DNA of 64,000 bases from Neocallimastix sp. 'constans' (taxonomy: Eukaryota), in contig JBODTK010000001.1 in NCBI GenBank assembly GCA_050613775.1, forward strand, positions 1,364,001 to 1,428,000, in the 5' to 3' direction. Numbering within the stretch: position 1 is the stretch's first letter; each line of letters starts with the position of its first letter. Shown here in pieces: positions 38,803-54,100 of this stretch. The notes under the pieces are model-generated. The model saw only the letters and a program-made list of their open reading frames with translations. It was not told where the DNA came from and ran no database searches. A program made the position numbers and the translations under genes.

Positions 38803-40678
38803 ATGGGCAAATATATGAATAAGCGTTTATTATTTTATACAGTCATTAATTCTGTTGGCGCCTTTATTTTTGGTTGGGAAACCACTATGTTAAAGTAAGA
38901 ATACTAATAGTCATTTTAAATTTTTTTTTTTATTATTATTATTATATATATATTTGATTATATTGATTATAAAAACGACAACAGTTAAAAAAAATATATA
39001 CATATATGTAAAAATACCTAGATAGAGATAAAAAGTGATATATAGGCTATTATTAAAAAAAAAAAATTTTTTTTTTATTATTTTCATTTTTAATTACATA
39101 TAATATTATATATCAAATAATTATTAATAAATATTAATATAATTTTTTTTTTCTTTTTTAATTTTTATTTAATCTTTTATTATTTTAATAATAATGATTA
39201 TAATAATAATAATAATAATAATTTTTAGTATTCTTTTCTCAATGAGAGCTTCTTTTGGTGCTAAATTCGGATTATATACATTTGATCCTAAAAGACATTT
39301 TTGGGCTGAAAGTGAAGATAAGCATTTAAGAGAAATGATAATTACTCCTTCTTTCACTTTCGGTGGTATTTTTGGTGTTATTCTTAATCTTTATTTGATG
39401 GATAGCATTGGTCGTACAAAATCTTTACGAATCGGTTCAATTATCTATTTTATTGGTAGCTGTCTCCAAGTTTTCGGTAATTCCATTGTTACTTTCATTA
39501 TCGGTCGTGCCATCAGTGGTGCTGCTTCTGGTATTGCCCTTTCCCTCTGTAATATCTACCTTGCTGAAATTTCTCCAAAACAAATTCGTGGTACCACAGG
39601 TATTGCTTGTGCTTTAGGTCTTAAGGGAGGTATGTTTATTTCTGCTCTTTTTGAAACCCTCTGTTTAAAATTAATTACGAAAAACATGACCGCTCAATGG
39701 AGAGTCGCCGTAGGAGGTTTATTAGTTCCTTCTACCCTTTTCTTAATCTTTGTTTGGTTCCTTCCGGAATCCCCACGTTACCTATTATTAAAAAGAAAGG
39801 ATGAAAAGGCCCTTAATAATTTAGCTCATATTCGTCAAAAGGAGACCACCGATCCTTCCATTCTTGCTGAATTTAGAGGAATCAGTATGGGGGTGAAGAA
39901 GCAACTTGCTCATGGTATCATTTCTTGGAAAGCTTTATTCAACACCAAATCCGTTTTATATCGTCTTATTGTATCGATTGTTTTACAACTTCTTCATCAA
40001 TTTGTTGGTATCAGTGTGATTGGATTCTATTCTACTCAAATCTACAGTAAATACCTTGGTCTCTCTCTTCAACAATATGGTGCTTGGCTTAATACCTTAA
40101 GTCAATTTATTTCCTTCATTTTAGCTATTCCTGCCATTCATTTTGTGGAAAAGGTAGGTAGAAGATTACTTTTCATTTGGGGTGCCATTATTCTTGGTAT
40201 TTGTATGTTTGCTATCTATGGTCTCTGCCATATTGTAGATGCTACCGGTATTAAGGCCTTTGGTTGGATTTGTGTTGGTTTCATTTATCTTTTCAATATT
40301 GCCTATTCCTGGACTTGGGCTTCCGTCGTCTATGTATGGCAAGCTGAAGTTTTCCCAATTCGTATGCGTGCTAAAGCTACCACCATTGGTAATATTTTCC
40401 ATCATATTGCTGGTATGTTAGTTTCTTCTACTACCACCACCATTATGAAATATATTTCATACTATACCTTTATTATTTATGGTGTCTTCTGTTTACTTGG
40501 TGCCTTATTCAGTTATTTATGCGTTAAGGAAACTAAGGGTATTCCATTAGAAGAAATGGATTACCTCTATGGTGGTGGTAATTCACAACCTAAAGTTCCA
40601 ACTGAAGATATTCAAAAGAAAATAGAAGATGATAAAAATGTTATTAAAAAAATGGAACGTGATATTACTGAAGCATAA
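38803..40678 (+). CDS. MFS sugar porter, 513 aa; exons 38803-38894 and 39229-40678
   Basis: Exon 1 MGKYMNKRLLFYTVINSVGAFIFGWETTML supplies TM1, and the GTAAGA...TTTTTAG intron keeps the frame. Motifs DSIGR, AEISPKQIRG, PESPRYL, EKVGRR, EVFP and ETKG. Confidence 0.93.
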
Positions 40679-43600
40679 AAAAAAAAATTACAATTAGAAA
40701 TGAAATATTAAAAAAAAAAAAAAGCATCTAAATTAAAAATAAAAAATTATGTCTTTATAGAGATAATATATAATGATTTTTTTAAAATTTTTTTAAAAGG
40801 ACAAAATATATATATATATATATATATAAATATAAAACATTTTTAGATGATGGGAAAAATATGTATATAATTCATTAAATTTTATATAAAATTTTTATTA
40901 TTATTTTTTTTTTTAATATTTATATCGTTAATACGCATAAAAAAAAAAAAAAGATATATAAAAAGTATATCTATATTTTTTTTTTTATTATTATTTTTAA
41001 TATTTTATAAAACAAATATAATATGTATCTTATTTTTATATTTTTATATATATAAATATTAAATATGAATATAAATACGAATATAGATATTCTTATTATT
41101 ATCGTCATTATTTTTTTTTTTTTTTTAATTTTCAATTTTTCTATCTATAAAAAAAAAACAAACTAATAATAAAATTTATATATAATAATAATATGTATGT
41201 AACTTTAGTATTTTTAATTAATATTAAATAAAAAAAAATTATTAAAAAAAATAAAAAAAAAAAAGAATTTTAATAATTAATCCTATAATTAATTTATTAA
41301 TTTATTAAAATTAAATAATTGATATTATAACAAAATTTTTTTTAAAAAAAAAAAAAAATATTAAATCATATTGACATTTTTATCACTATCTATATATATA
41401 TAAATATTATCAAATAAATAAAAAAAAAAATAGTATTAAAAAAAAAAATAAGAATATAAATATTTTTAGGTGTACTTTTTATTATGTATTAAATAAATTT
41501 AAGTACTATGAATATATTTATAATATATTTTAAGTTATATAGTTATGGAATTAATTGTCATGATTATCTTTAAATAGGTTTTGATCATTTTTGTTGGTTG
41601 GTGGATTATTTTTAAATTAAAGAAAAAAAATAATAAATAATAAATAATTGAATAATAAATAATTGAATAATAAATAATTGAATAATAAATAATAAATAAT
41701 TGAATAATTGAATAATAAATAATAAATAATTGAATAATTGAATAATAAATAATAAATAATTGAATAATTGAATAATAAATAATAAATAATTGAATAATAA
41801 ATAATAAATAATTGAATAATAAATAATAAATAATTGAATAATTGAATAATAAATAATAAATAATAAATAATAAATAAATAGTTGAAATATGAATATAAAG
41901 TATGACAGATTAAATAAAATAAAATTAAAATTATTTTTTATTTTATTTTATTTAATCTAATTAAATTAGAGGTTTTTATTTTTATTATAAAACAAGAAGA
42001 TAATAAATAATAAATAATAAATGACAAATAAATAAATAACAATATCTTTTTATATATAAAGATATTGATATTATAATAATAGAAATAAAAATAATAGATA
42101 AATAATTTGAAAAACTTTTTTTTTTATTTATTATTTAATTAATAATAATAATATCCTAATGATGAGATGAAAATCAATAAATATCTTATTAGATATTGTT
42201 TATTTATCAAAAAATGAAATTTATTGTTTTTTATTCCCTTTTTTTTATATCATTATACGAACCATAAATCATTGGATTATTATTAAATAATTCTAATTAT
42301 TCAATTTAAGAATTTTATTTTATTTTATTTTTTTTTTTAAAATTTACTAATTTTTATTTATTTATTTATTTATTTTTTTTTTGTATTAATCATACATACA
42401 ACAAAAAATTTAAAATTTATAATGAATTTAATAATTAATAACTATTAATTAGTTTTTTTTATCTTTTTTTTTTTTTTTTTTTTTTTTAATATTCCTTTTG
42501 ATATTATGTAATATGTATAGTTATTACATAATATTACCTATTATTATATTTGTTCATTTTTATTATTTATTCATATAAAAGAAAAAATAATAACAATAAA
42601 TAGATACAAAAATAAATACAAAAGCAAGTACAAAAGTAACATGATTAATCAATAAATTTATTAATATATTCTAATAAATAAATAGTTACCAACTATTATT
42701 ATTATTTTTTTTTATGTGATTAAAAGCCTAAAAAAATAAATATCTATATATATATTTATATATATTTATATATATATTTATTTCTTTCTTATATAATTAT
42801 AGATTTAAAAAATATTTTTTTTCCATTTTTTCCATTTTTTAATTTATTATAATAATTATAATAAAAATTAATTATAATTGAATATTTAAGAAATATTTAA
42901 TATTTAATATTTAGTTTGGATTTATATTGATCTTTATAATATTTCTTTCCTTTCTATCTTTTTAATTTTTTTTTTTACTCTTTTTTTCTATCTTTTTAAT
43001 TTTTTTTACTCTTTTTTTTCCTTTTTCCTTTTATTTTTTTTTTCCTTTTTTTTTCTTTTTTTTTTTTTTTTTTTTTATTTATTTTTTCACTCACTTATTA
43101 TGGAAATTTCTTTTTCTTTTTCTTTTTCTTTTTTTCTTTTTTTTAAAAAAAAAAACCTAGAATAAAATAAAATAAAACATATTCAAACATAAACACAAAC
43201 ACAAAAGCAAACACAAACAAATAAATAATAAATATATAATTTATATATAAATTAATTTTATTCAAATAAAATATTACTTTATTATTTTTATTTTTTTTAT
43301 TAAAAAATATATATATATATATTATTAAATTATGTAAAAATATACTTTTTATTTTTTTAATATAAATTTGATTCATAACATACATAAAATTATTATATAT
43401 AAAAAAATATATTATAATAATATAATAATATAATAATATAATAATAGATAATTTATTAAATAATAGATAATTTATTTAATAATATCTCATATATTGGATA
43501 CTATATAATTCATTTAATAATAGATAATTTATTTAATCATATATAATATATTTAATAATATATAATTTATTGGATACTATTTTAAAGTAAAAAAAATTTT

Positions 43601-46414
43601 TTTTTTAAAGAAAAATTATGTTACCAATTATTTGTTCTATGGAATTTAAAATCTAAAAAATAAAAATAAAATAAAATAAAATAAAACATTCTTTTTGTTT
43701 ACCATGATTTTTATTATTTTTATTTTTATTTTAAATTTTCCATTTTTTTAATTTATTAATATATTGAACTAATAATAATTTAATATATATTAAATAATTA
43801 ATTTTTATTAAAATCAAGTTATAATAATTTTTTTTTTTTACCGTTTTTGTGTTTTAGTTTGTGGTAATTTTTTTTATTTTAACTATTAATTATTTAATAT
43901 TTATATTTATCTATTTATTAATTATTTATTTAATATTCATATTTATTTAATAGATTTATTTAATTATTAGTTGATTAAGATTTAATCCACTTAACAAAAT
44001 TATAAAATATAAAAATAATATAAATATTAATATAATATGAGATAAAAAAAATATATATATATATTCATCAATAAGTAAATAAAATATACGATATATATAT
44101 AAATTATTTATGTAAATAGAAAAGCAATATTAAATATAAAATAAATTAATATCTAATATTCTTTATTTTATTTTTAAAAATAAGAATATCCAAAATAAAA
44201 ATATAGAAAATTTAAAATTAAATTGGGCTTATGATTTTTATGGTATCTCATTCTTCACTTTATTTTCTTTCAATTTACATAAATATAAATAATTTTTTTT
44301 TATTTTTTAAACCTTTTAAAAATAAGATAAATATAAACAAAAAATAAACAAATAAAAATAGAAAAATAGAAGTAAATCTATAGCTCAGAAATAAATATAT
44401 AAACAAAAATAAACAAATATTAACACAAATAAATAAATTTAAATATAACTGTATATATGAATAGAAACTTTCAAATTTAAATTATTTACTTGTAAAATTA
44501 GAATCTAGAATTTTTTATTTTTGTATTCTTGTATTGCCTTTTATTTAAAAAAAAAAAAAGAAAATAAAAAAAGGTTATGGATTTAAACAATAACTTTATT
44601 TTTTTAAAATAAATAAATAAATATATATATATTTATATATTTTAATTAAAACTATAATAATTTTTAAAAAAAAAATAATACAAAAATAGTTTTATTCTAT
44701 AAAGCAATATAAAAATAATAATAATTAATGTTTAATAACATATTCTTCAATAATTAATTTTTAATATAAATTGTAATAAAATAAAAAGTTACCAATTTGA
44801 ATTTTAAAGTTTAAAAATCGTAAAAAATAATTAAATCATTTTACTTTAAATATTACAATAATATATAGATTTGAAAAATTTTCCATTTTTTTTTTTAATT
44901 TATTATTATATATAAGCTTAATTATAATCATTATAATTTAATTAGATTTTAATCAAATCTGTATAATAATAATTAAATTATTGGTAGTAACTCTTAATCT
45001 TATTTATTATTATTTTTTAAATATTTATTTATATTAATTCATTATGATTCAATCCACTTTTTTAAAAAAAATTAATAAATAAAAAAAAAAAAAAAAGAAA
45101 AAGAAAAATAATAATTAAATATATATATTTATATATTTATATATTTAAAGATAAAATTAAATAATATATAAATCATATAAAAAATGAATTATATATATAG
45201 GATTATATTAATATTACATAGTAAAACAAAAAAAAATTTTTTTTATAAATCTGAGTATATATGATTTTGATTATATTTTCTCTTCTCTTTCTCTCCCTCT
45301 TTCTTTACATACTAATAAATATTTTTTTTTTAAAAAAAAAACTTAAAAATAAAAAAAAATATATATTGATATAAATTATTTATGACAATAAAATTTGCTT
45401 ATCTTGAATTTACTTTTTTCCTTTCTTTTTCTTTCTTTTATTTTATTTAAATAAAATTATTGAATAGTATGAGCATTGCTTGTTTTTTTTTTTTTTTCGA
45501 AAAAAAATAAATAAATAAATTGGATTTTTATCCTTCATAAAATGTCATAAAAATAAAAATAAAAATAAATAAAACTTATCAAATATTTTTAAAATATTTG
45601 AATAATTATAATATAATATAATAAATAGAATTAATATAAAATAGAAATATATGTTTTAATTACTAAATAAGTAAATAAAAAAAATTTTTTATTTTTTTTT
45701 TTAATTTTATTTAATTAATAGAAAAAATAAAACAAATTAACTGATTTACTTTCTAATTGTAGTTATTGTTTTATTCATTGGTTAATCCATCAAAAAACGA
45801 TTAATTTTTTGGGATTATCATAAAACTATTCTATTTAAATTCTATTTAAATAGGCATAATGATATAAAATAAAGTTTGAGAGAATAAAATAGAAAATAGA
45901 TTTGTCTAAAATTTTTTTATATAAATTTAATAAATATATATTAATTTTTTTTTTCTATTTTTGTTTATTTACTTACATTTTATTTTATTTTATTTTATTT
46001 TATTTTATTTTATTTTTTATTATATTTTTTATTATATTTTATTTTATTTTATTTTATTTTATTTTTTTATAAAAATCATTTTATTTTTTTTTCTATTTAT
46101 TTTATTATATCATTTTATTTATTTTATTATTTTATTATTAATTTCTATTTTATCTTTTATGATCTTTTATTTACTTTTTTTATCTTGTTTGATTTTTTGA
46201 ATTTTTATTCTTTTTCTGTTTTTCTTTCATTATTTTTTATTATTATTTTAAATATTTTGTTTTTATTTATTTATTTTCTTATTTACATATTTATTTTTAT
46301 TTATTTATTTTTATATATTTATTTTTATATATTTATTTTTATTTGATGGTTTGTTTTTATTTATTTTATTATTTACTTTTGTTTTTTTTTTTTTTTAATT
46401 TTACTTTTGTACAT

Positions 46415-46445
<31 letters not shown>

Positions 46446-47031
46446 CTTATATGTATTTTATTTATTTTTTATTATTTATTTATAATACTTTAACCAATAT
46501 ATTTCAAATATTCTAAATCATCCTTTTATATATATGTATATTTAAATTATATATTGTATTTATGTAATATAAAATTTTATCTCTTCTATTTATGGATATG
46601 TTTATTACATCAATTAAATTCAATTTAATATTTATTATTATATAATACATATAATACTGTGTATATTATTTATATATTAATTATAATGTGATATAATAGA
46701 ATGATTGTTTATTCTCATGCAATTTCCTAAATAATAATTTTAAGTTTTTAAGTATAAATAAATTAATGATATATTATTTTATATATAATAATTATAAACA
46801 TGATTATAAAACACAATTTATTACTTTATTTTTTTCATTGATAATATAATTAATAATAATTTATTCTAGAGTGGAGACGATTCAATATTTAAAAAGAATA
46901 AATTTTTCCAATTTTCTTTTTTTTTTTTTTTTTTTTGTTTATAACATTATTATAAAAATTAATTAGATTTAGAATAATTTATTTTTATTTAGAATTTTTT
47001 AATAAATTAATAATATATATATAAAAAGAAA

Positions 47032-47658
47032 ATGAGTCAAAACATTGCCCTTCCAGCTCCAAAGATTGAAGATGATTTCATGAAGGCCTTAAGCCAAAGA
47101 AGATCTTCTCGTACCTTCGAAGATAAGGAAATTCCAATTGAAACCCTTTCTGAATTATTATGGGCTGCCTACGGTAACACTGGTAAGAAGGAAGAAGTTC
47201 TTCCAAATGGTTACCCATACAGAAAAACTGTTCCAGTTACTGGTGATGGTTACGTCTACAGAGACACTTTCTTCGTTTTCACTAAGAAGGCCGTCTACAG
47301 ATATGATGCTGATTCAAGCACTTTAGTCTTTGTTAAGGAAGGTGACTTCACTGAATTAACTGGTTTCCAAGATTTCATTAAGAATGGTAGTGTTAACATT
47401 GTCTTAATTGCTGATTACAAGTACTTAAAGGAACACCCATTAGAATTCGCCAAAAAGAATTATGCTTTCGATGATAGATGCAGAAAAGCTGCTACTGCTG
47501 ATGCTGGTTACATTTCCCAAAACATTTACCTTTACTGTGCCTTACACGGTTTAAAGACTATTGCTAGATTCGCTGCTGGTAAGGAAGAAGCTTTATTAAA
47601 CCTTTTAGGTTTAAATGGTGACTATCATCTTGTTTTATCTCAAACTATTGGTTACTAA
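47032..47658 (+). CDS. Nitroreductase family flavoprotein (SagB/ThcOx-like subgroup), bacterial type
   Basis: LPAP..., ALSQRRSSRTF, LSELLWAAYG, DAGYISQNIYL...GL and C-terminal IGY. Intronless, with strong codon bias. Confidence 0.9.
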   Translation: MSQNIALPAPKIEDDFMKALSQRRSSRTFEDKEIPIETLSELLWAAYGNTGKKEEVLPNGYPYRKTVPVTGDGYVYRDTFFVFTKKAVYRYDADSSTLVFVKEGDFTELTGFQDFIKNGSVNIVLIADYKYLKEHPLEFAKKNYAFDDRCRKAATADAGYISQNIYLYCALHGLKTIARFAAGKEEALLNLLGLNGDYHLVLSQTIGY

Positions 47659-48374
47659 GTTAAATTTAATAATATGTATATATACTAAACTTCATAGAAG
47701 CAAAAATAAATAAATAAATAATAAATAAAATAAATTAGATAAAATAAAAAATTTTTTTTATTTAATAAAAAAAAAAAAACAACGCTAATAATTAACAAAG
47801 TTTTCGCAAACGTAAATCAAAAATTTAAAAAAAAAAAATAATATATATAAATAAAAAAAAAAATTGACTATTTTATTTTTAATGAATCAAATTTATCATT
47901 AAAATAAATAGTTAATAAATAAATAAATAAATAAATTTATAAAACTATCTTTAAAAAAAAATTATAAAAAGAAGGTTTACTTTTGTTTTATTGTTATGTG
48001 TGTTTTATTTGTTATATTATTATTTGTCATTTGTTAGATATTTAATATTTTTAAAATATAGTTTTTTGTTCTTACTCACAAAAGATAGTAATAATTTATG
48101 ATTTTTTGTTGTATTAGAGAATGTCATTTTGTTTTATGTATTTATTTTTAATAAAACTTGTATTATTTATTTATTTTCAAAATATATGAAAATATTTAAT
48201 TTATTGATTTTGTATATTTGTTTGTTTGGCTTTATTTTCCTTCCCTTCAAAAGCAAAATTTTTCATTTAATATATTAATAAAAATATCTAAATTAAAATT
48301 TTTCTAATATCATTTATTATTTATCATTTATTATTTATTATTTATTATTTATTATTAATTATTTAATTATTTAA

Positions 48375-49627
48375 TGTATATTCTATTTCAAAAGATTTAA
48401 ATATTCCTCCATTGTCAGCTAAGTGTGCTTTGTCTCAAGTCAAAATGTTTTGATAAATGGAAAGATTCAAATTGTATTATTTCTTATTTAGTTAATAATA
48501 TTCCAAAATCTAGAAAATATACATGGACGAAAGAAAGTAGAACTCTTAAACGTAAACTAGAAAAAAGAGGTAATAACGATAATAAAATCAAGGATTTTTA
48601 TTGGAAAAGAGATATGAAAATCAATTCTATTAAAGCTAAATTTTATGACAAAAACAGATTCGAAGAAACATCAAATTTTATAAAACTTTGTTATGAATAT
48701 CCTGAGCTTTCATATGGTTTCTATCGGCTATTGAGAGCACGAAGCGGATATAGATTAGATGCTAGAATTGCTAAAGCAGCAAAAATAATAGATCAAATGT
48801 GACCTGATTTTTGTTCCTGTTGTAAAAGTAATAAACAATGGATAAAGCATTGGTTAATTGATTGTCCATTTTTCAATCATATTCGTAGTAAAGTTAATGA
48901 TAAAATTTTATTTTTATATAATGCTTTTTACCATGGCAACCTAACAAATGATATAGTTAATAGTAATAATGATAATAGTAATAGTAATAATAGTTATAAT
49001 AATAATAGTAATAGTAATAATAGTTATAGTAATATTAGTAATAGTATTTTTAGTAATGTTAGTAATAGTATTGAAAATAATGTGTATATTGATTCTAGTG
49101 TGTGTAAAAAAGTGTTTAATTTCCTTCTTGGAGGTCGAAGTATTAATAACAGTACAAGGGAATGGAAGGATCTATTTAAGTGCCAGATAAAAATCAGGTG
49201 CTTATTCTGATACTCCATTCTTTGTGGTTACTGCGACTCTTCTTCAATCGATTATACCTATTGCTATTGGCCAGCAATGATCTTTGTTTAATAGGTTCAA
49301 ATCGAATCGTACTACTACTACCAAGAGCGTCAATGCTGAAGAAACAGTAAGACAGGCCAACAGGGCTAGCGCAACCAATGAAGATCAATAATTTTGTATC
49401 TTAAAATTAGGATTAACATTGCGAAGTCAAAATTAATTATTATACTTCAGTATAATAATGCCCTTGTGAAGTCTTACAGATATTAATTAAACGAAACTAG
49501 AATATATTATACCAGTATTTTATTTTATTTTGTGTTTTATTTTTTGTTTATTTTTTTATCTTTTTTTCTTTTTATTACATGTATTTTATCATATATTTAA
49601 TTAATAAAGATGAAACAAGTTTGCTGC

Positions 49628-49661
<34 letters not shown>
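48375..49661 (+). mobile_element. 5'-truncated LINE 3' end (ORF2 C-terminus with Cys/His finger, 3' UTR, poly-A)
   Basis: Degenerate ORF ...LLRARSGY...CSCCK...HWLIDCP..., ending in a 30-nt poly-A (49632-49661) and flanked by a direct duplication starting TGTTTGGCTTTATTTTCC at 48223 and 49662. Confidence 0.82.
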
Positions 49662-49663
<2 letters not shown>

Positions 49664-50042
49664 TTTGGCTTTATTTTCCTTTCCTTCAAAGCAAAATTTT
49701 TCATTTAATATTAAAATATCTAAATTAAAATTTTTCTAATATCAGTATTATTTATTATTTATTATTTATTATTTAATTATTTATTATTTATTATTTATTA
49801 TTTAATTATTTATTATTTATTATTAAATATTAAATATTATTTATTATTTATTTATTATTTTATATTAATTTTAAAATTTTCAAGGAATTTAATTATTATC
49901 AGATAATAATAAAAAAAAAAAAAAAAAAAGGACTTATTTTTTTTATTTTCTATATTTTTATTGGTTTATCGAATTATATATTAATTATATATTAATTATA
50001 ACAGTCATAAACTTTTTAAAGCTTTTTATTTTTATTATTATT

Positions 50043-50094
<52 letters not shown>

Positions 50095-51154
50095 TCTAAA
50101 AGTGCTTAGTTTAATATTTTAATTTTCACTTTTTACTATTTTAAGCTTTTTATTTTTTATTTTTATTTTTATTTTTTTTAATATTCTATTTAATTATTAA
50201 TTCAATCTTTTAATTTTTTTTTCCTTTTTTAATTTAATAATAAAGAATTGGATGTAAATAATTATATTTAATACTTAACTTAGCTTTATAAGTAAAAATA
50301 AAGCAAAAAAAAAATAAATGAAATCTTTTTTATTTAGTTTTTGCTTTATTGGAACTTTATTATTAAATTTAAAAATTTTAAATAATAACAATATATATAA
50401 ATATATAAATAAAAATCTTAAATTTTCATTGGGTAAAAAAAAAAAAAAAAAAAAAAATTTAAAAACATTCATAAATATTTAAAATAAATTTATATAAATT
50501 TCATTTCAGTCATAAATAAAATCACGTTTTTCAATTGATGACTAATAAAAATATAAAAAAAAAAATAAAAAAAAAAAAAATAAAATAAAAGAAAAAAAAT
50601 TAGAATAAAAAAATTGAATTTGTATTTTAAATTTCTTTTTGAAATAAACTTTTATATTTAAATTAAAAAAAAAAAATAATTAAAAACAAATAAAAAATAT
50701 ACACTTATTTCTTTATTAAAAGGAAATAAAAGAAATAAATGGCATAAATGATTAAATAATATTAAAAAAAAATTTTTTTTAGGCTTATCTATATTTAAAT
50801 AATAAAAAAGAATAATAATATAATTTAAAGAAGTAGGAATTATTTAAAATTCATTGATGATATATATATAAAAATCAAATTTATATATATATTTTTTCTT
50901 TTCTTTTTTTAGATTTAAAATAATAATAGCAACGATAATAATATATTTTATATTTTTATTTATTATTATTTTTTTTTTTTCATATTATATTTTTTTTATT
51001 TTCCTTATTTAATATTAATTTTACTGATTTAGTAACCTTTAAATTAATATAATTTATTTTTAAAATATTATTATTATTATTACTATTATTATTATTATTT
51101 TTATCTTTAAATAAAAATATATAAATTATATTTCAATTTAGAAACAATAGTAAT

Positions 51155-54100
51155 ATGCAAACCAACGAGGAAAAAATAAATGAAATAAAAAATTTAATAA
51201 ATGATTATTCTGAAGAAAAAATTTATAATATAGCAATATTGGAAAATTATGTTTCAAAGAATAAAATTAATTTAAATGAATTAAATAATAAGAATTTTGA
51301 TATATTAATTTATACCATTGATAATGTAGAAAATAATAGAATTTTATATAAATTGATTAATTTTATATTTCAACACTGCCACTATGATTCCTTAAATTAT
51401 TCCTTTCAAGGGAAGGTACCCCTCTATTTGGTGATATCAAAAAACCAATTTAGAGTGGCCGATCTTTTAATGAAATATGGCGCCAGTATTCACTATCCAG
51501 TAACTTATCAAAATGAAACGGTTGAAATAATTGACTATTTTTATTCAGAAAAAAAACTTAACGATAAGATTTTAAATTACATACTTGCTGCTGGATACAA
51601 TATCGGAAAGGATATGACTGCTTTAATATATAAATTCATATTAAAAAAGAATAGTTTTTCAATTTTTAACCATGATTGGCACCAGAAATTGAAAAATAAT
51701 TGTGACTTGTTACAAACTATTTTTGAACATTATATTTATGATAATGCCTTTATTTTACGTTTACTTTCTTTGTATACCCATAAGATACCCCTCTCTTCTA
51801 GTCAGTTGCAAAAAGTAATTTCCAATGAAAAAAATAAAATTCAAATTGAGGAAGGAATGTATGAACTGGCTGTTAAGTCTTCTCATAGTGATGCTATCAC
51901 CGTTCTTTTAAATTATGATGGAAGTTCCGTAGATGAACTTGCCGAAAGAATTCAAAAGTATCATCTTTTGGAAATGACTGTCGATACTGGAAGTTATTGT
52001 TACATCGATAACCTCTATCCAACCGTTCAAAAAATTATGAGCTATCCCTTTGACTATCAATCCTTAAACATCAGAAAAATTTTAAAAAAACTTATTAAAA
52101 ATGAGGATGAAAGAGTGGTAAAATTGGTCATGGAGGCATTGCTAAAGAATCATGTTTTAAATTTTAATGTCATCGATGTTGAAAAAATTTTAATTGAAGC
52201 TGCTAACTTCAATTTAAATGTATTAAAATATTTAGTAGAAATTTTACAACAGCAATCCTCTTTCTCTTTCTCTTTCTCTTCCTCTTCCTCTCCCTCTCCC
52301 TCTTCCACTACTTCCTTCCTTCCAAAGCAAACCACTAATTTATCATCATTGTCATCATCATCATCATCTTCTTCTTCTTCTCTTCCACCTCCTCTCCCCC
52401 CACCTTCTTCTTCTTCTCCTCTATCTTTCTTTAATTTTAAACAAGTAAATTTAGAAAAAGTATTATTTCAAATTTCCTATCAAAGTCATTATAAAAAGTT
52501 TTATAAGGTGGAAGCTGCTGAATTTCTATTAAGTATCATGTTGAATATACCTTCATTGGATGACGTAGTAATGATCAATACTTCACTATTAAAAACATGT
52601 GATTCCTCTTATCTCTTATTACTATTATGTACCGCTATTAAAATCAATCATATTAAATTAGTGAAATTTCTTTTAGAAAATGACGATTTGAAATCTAAAC
52701 TCAATATTAATGAAAAGTACAATAATGATGAATGTCCTCTTTTAATTGCCTTCTTTCTTGATCATTTGGAAATATTTAATTATTTATTGGATCATGGAGC
52801 TGAATGTTATATCAGAGATAGACGTCGATATCTTCTGTTTCCATTAGCGGTTCATTATAAAAAATATAAGATGGTAAAATCGATGGTAAAGACATCCTCT
52901 TTTATTAATTCTGTTGAAGCAGAAATATTTCAAAGTAAGGATTTGATATTCAAAGCCATCAAGGAAGGTGATCTTTCCACCTTAAAATTACTATTGATTA
53001 ATAAAAATCAAAATGATAAAAAATTATCATTATTAAGATCAACAAATAATCAAAATAATAAAAGAAGAAAGTTGGACTCTTCATTACCGTATACTTCTGC
53101 TCAGTATGCTTATTTAATAGGTCAAAAGGAAATTTTAAAATTTTTAGTAGAGTATGGTGATGTAAATGAAGTTAACTTCTATCTCACTACCTTACTTCAT
53201 TTCGCTCTCTACAGAGAAGATCTTGAAACTGTAGAATATTTAATTAATCATGGGGCTGATATAGCCTTCAATATTGAAGGATATCAAACAATATTAAAGG
53301 ATTCAGCATTGGATATTTCATTATACTTGGGAAATAAAGAATTATTCTACTTATTAATCAATAATAAACATATAAAATTGGATCAGTTAGATGATCAGTG
53401 TCAGAACCCATTGGCGGTTTTAATTCAAAGTAAGGATTTTACCCTGGAAGAAAAAGAAATAATAATAAAAGATCTTCTAAAGAAAGGATTAAATATCGAT
53501 TATACCAATAATGAACAAACTCCGTTAATGTATAGCCTTCAAGAAAATTTTTTACCACTCTCAAAAATTTTAATTGAAAATGGTGCAAATGTTAATATTA
53601 CTGAAAGTAATGAATCTCCCTTATTAAAAGCCGTAAAATTGGGATCTCTACCGTTAGTTAAATTGCTTCTAGAACATGGAACTAGTGGAAAAAATAATTT
53701 TAAAAATAACGAAAATGACAAGAACTCTGACCGTGAAAATATTAATGAATTTAATAGAAATAGTAGTAATAATTTAATGGATAGCTTTAGCAGAGAAACA
53801 GAAGAATATAATCAAAATATAGAAAATTTTAATAATAATAGTAATAGTAATCATAATAATGATAGTAATCATAATAATAATAGTAATCATAATAATAATA
53901 GTGATAGTAATAATAATAGTAATAGTAATCATAATAATAATAGTGATAGTAATAATAATAGTAATAGTAATCATAATAATAATAGTGATAGTAATCATAA
54001 TAACAATAGTGATAGTAATCATAATAATAATATTGATAATAATAATAATAATAATAATTTCAATTATAATTCTTCATTTTTAATGGCTTATAATTTGGGT

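Noticed and set aside
39194..39228. ORF-track start MIIIIIII for the transporter
   Set aside because: It lies within the intron's (AAT)n tract; the true first exon is 38803-38894.
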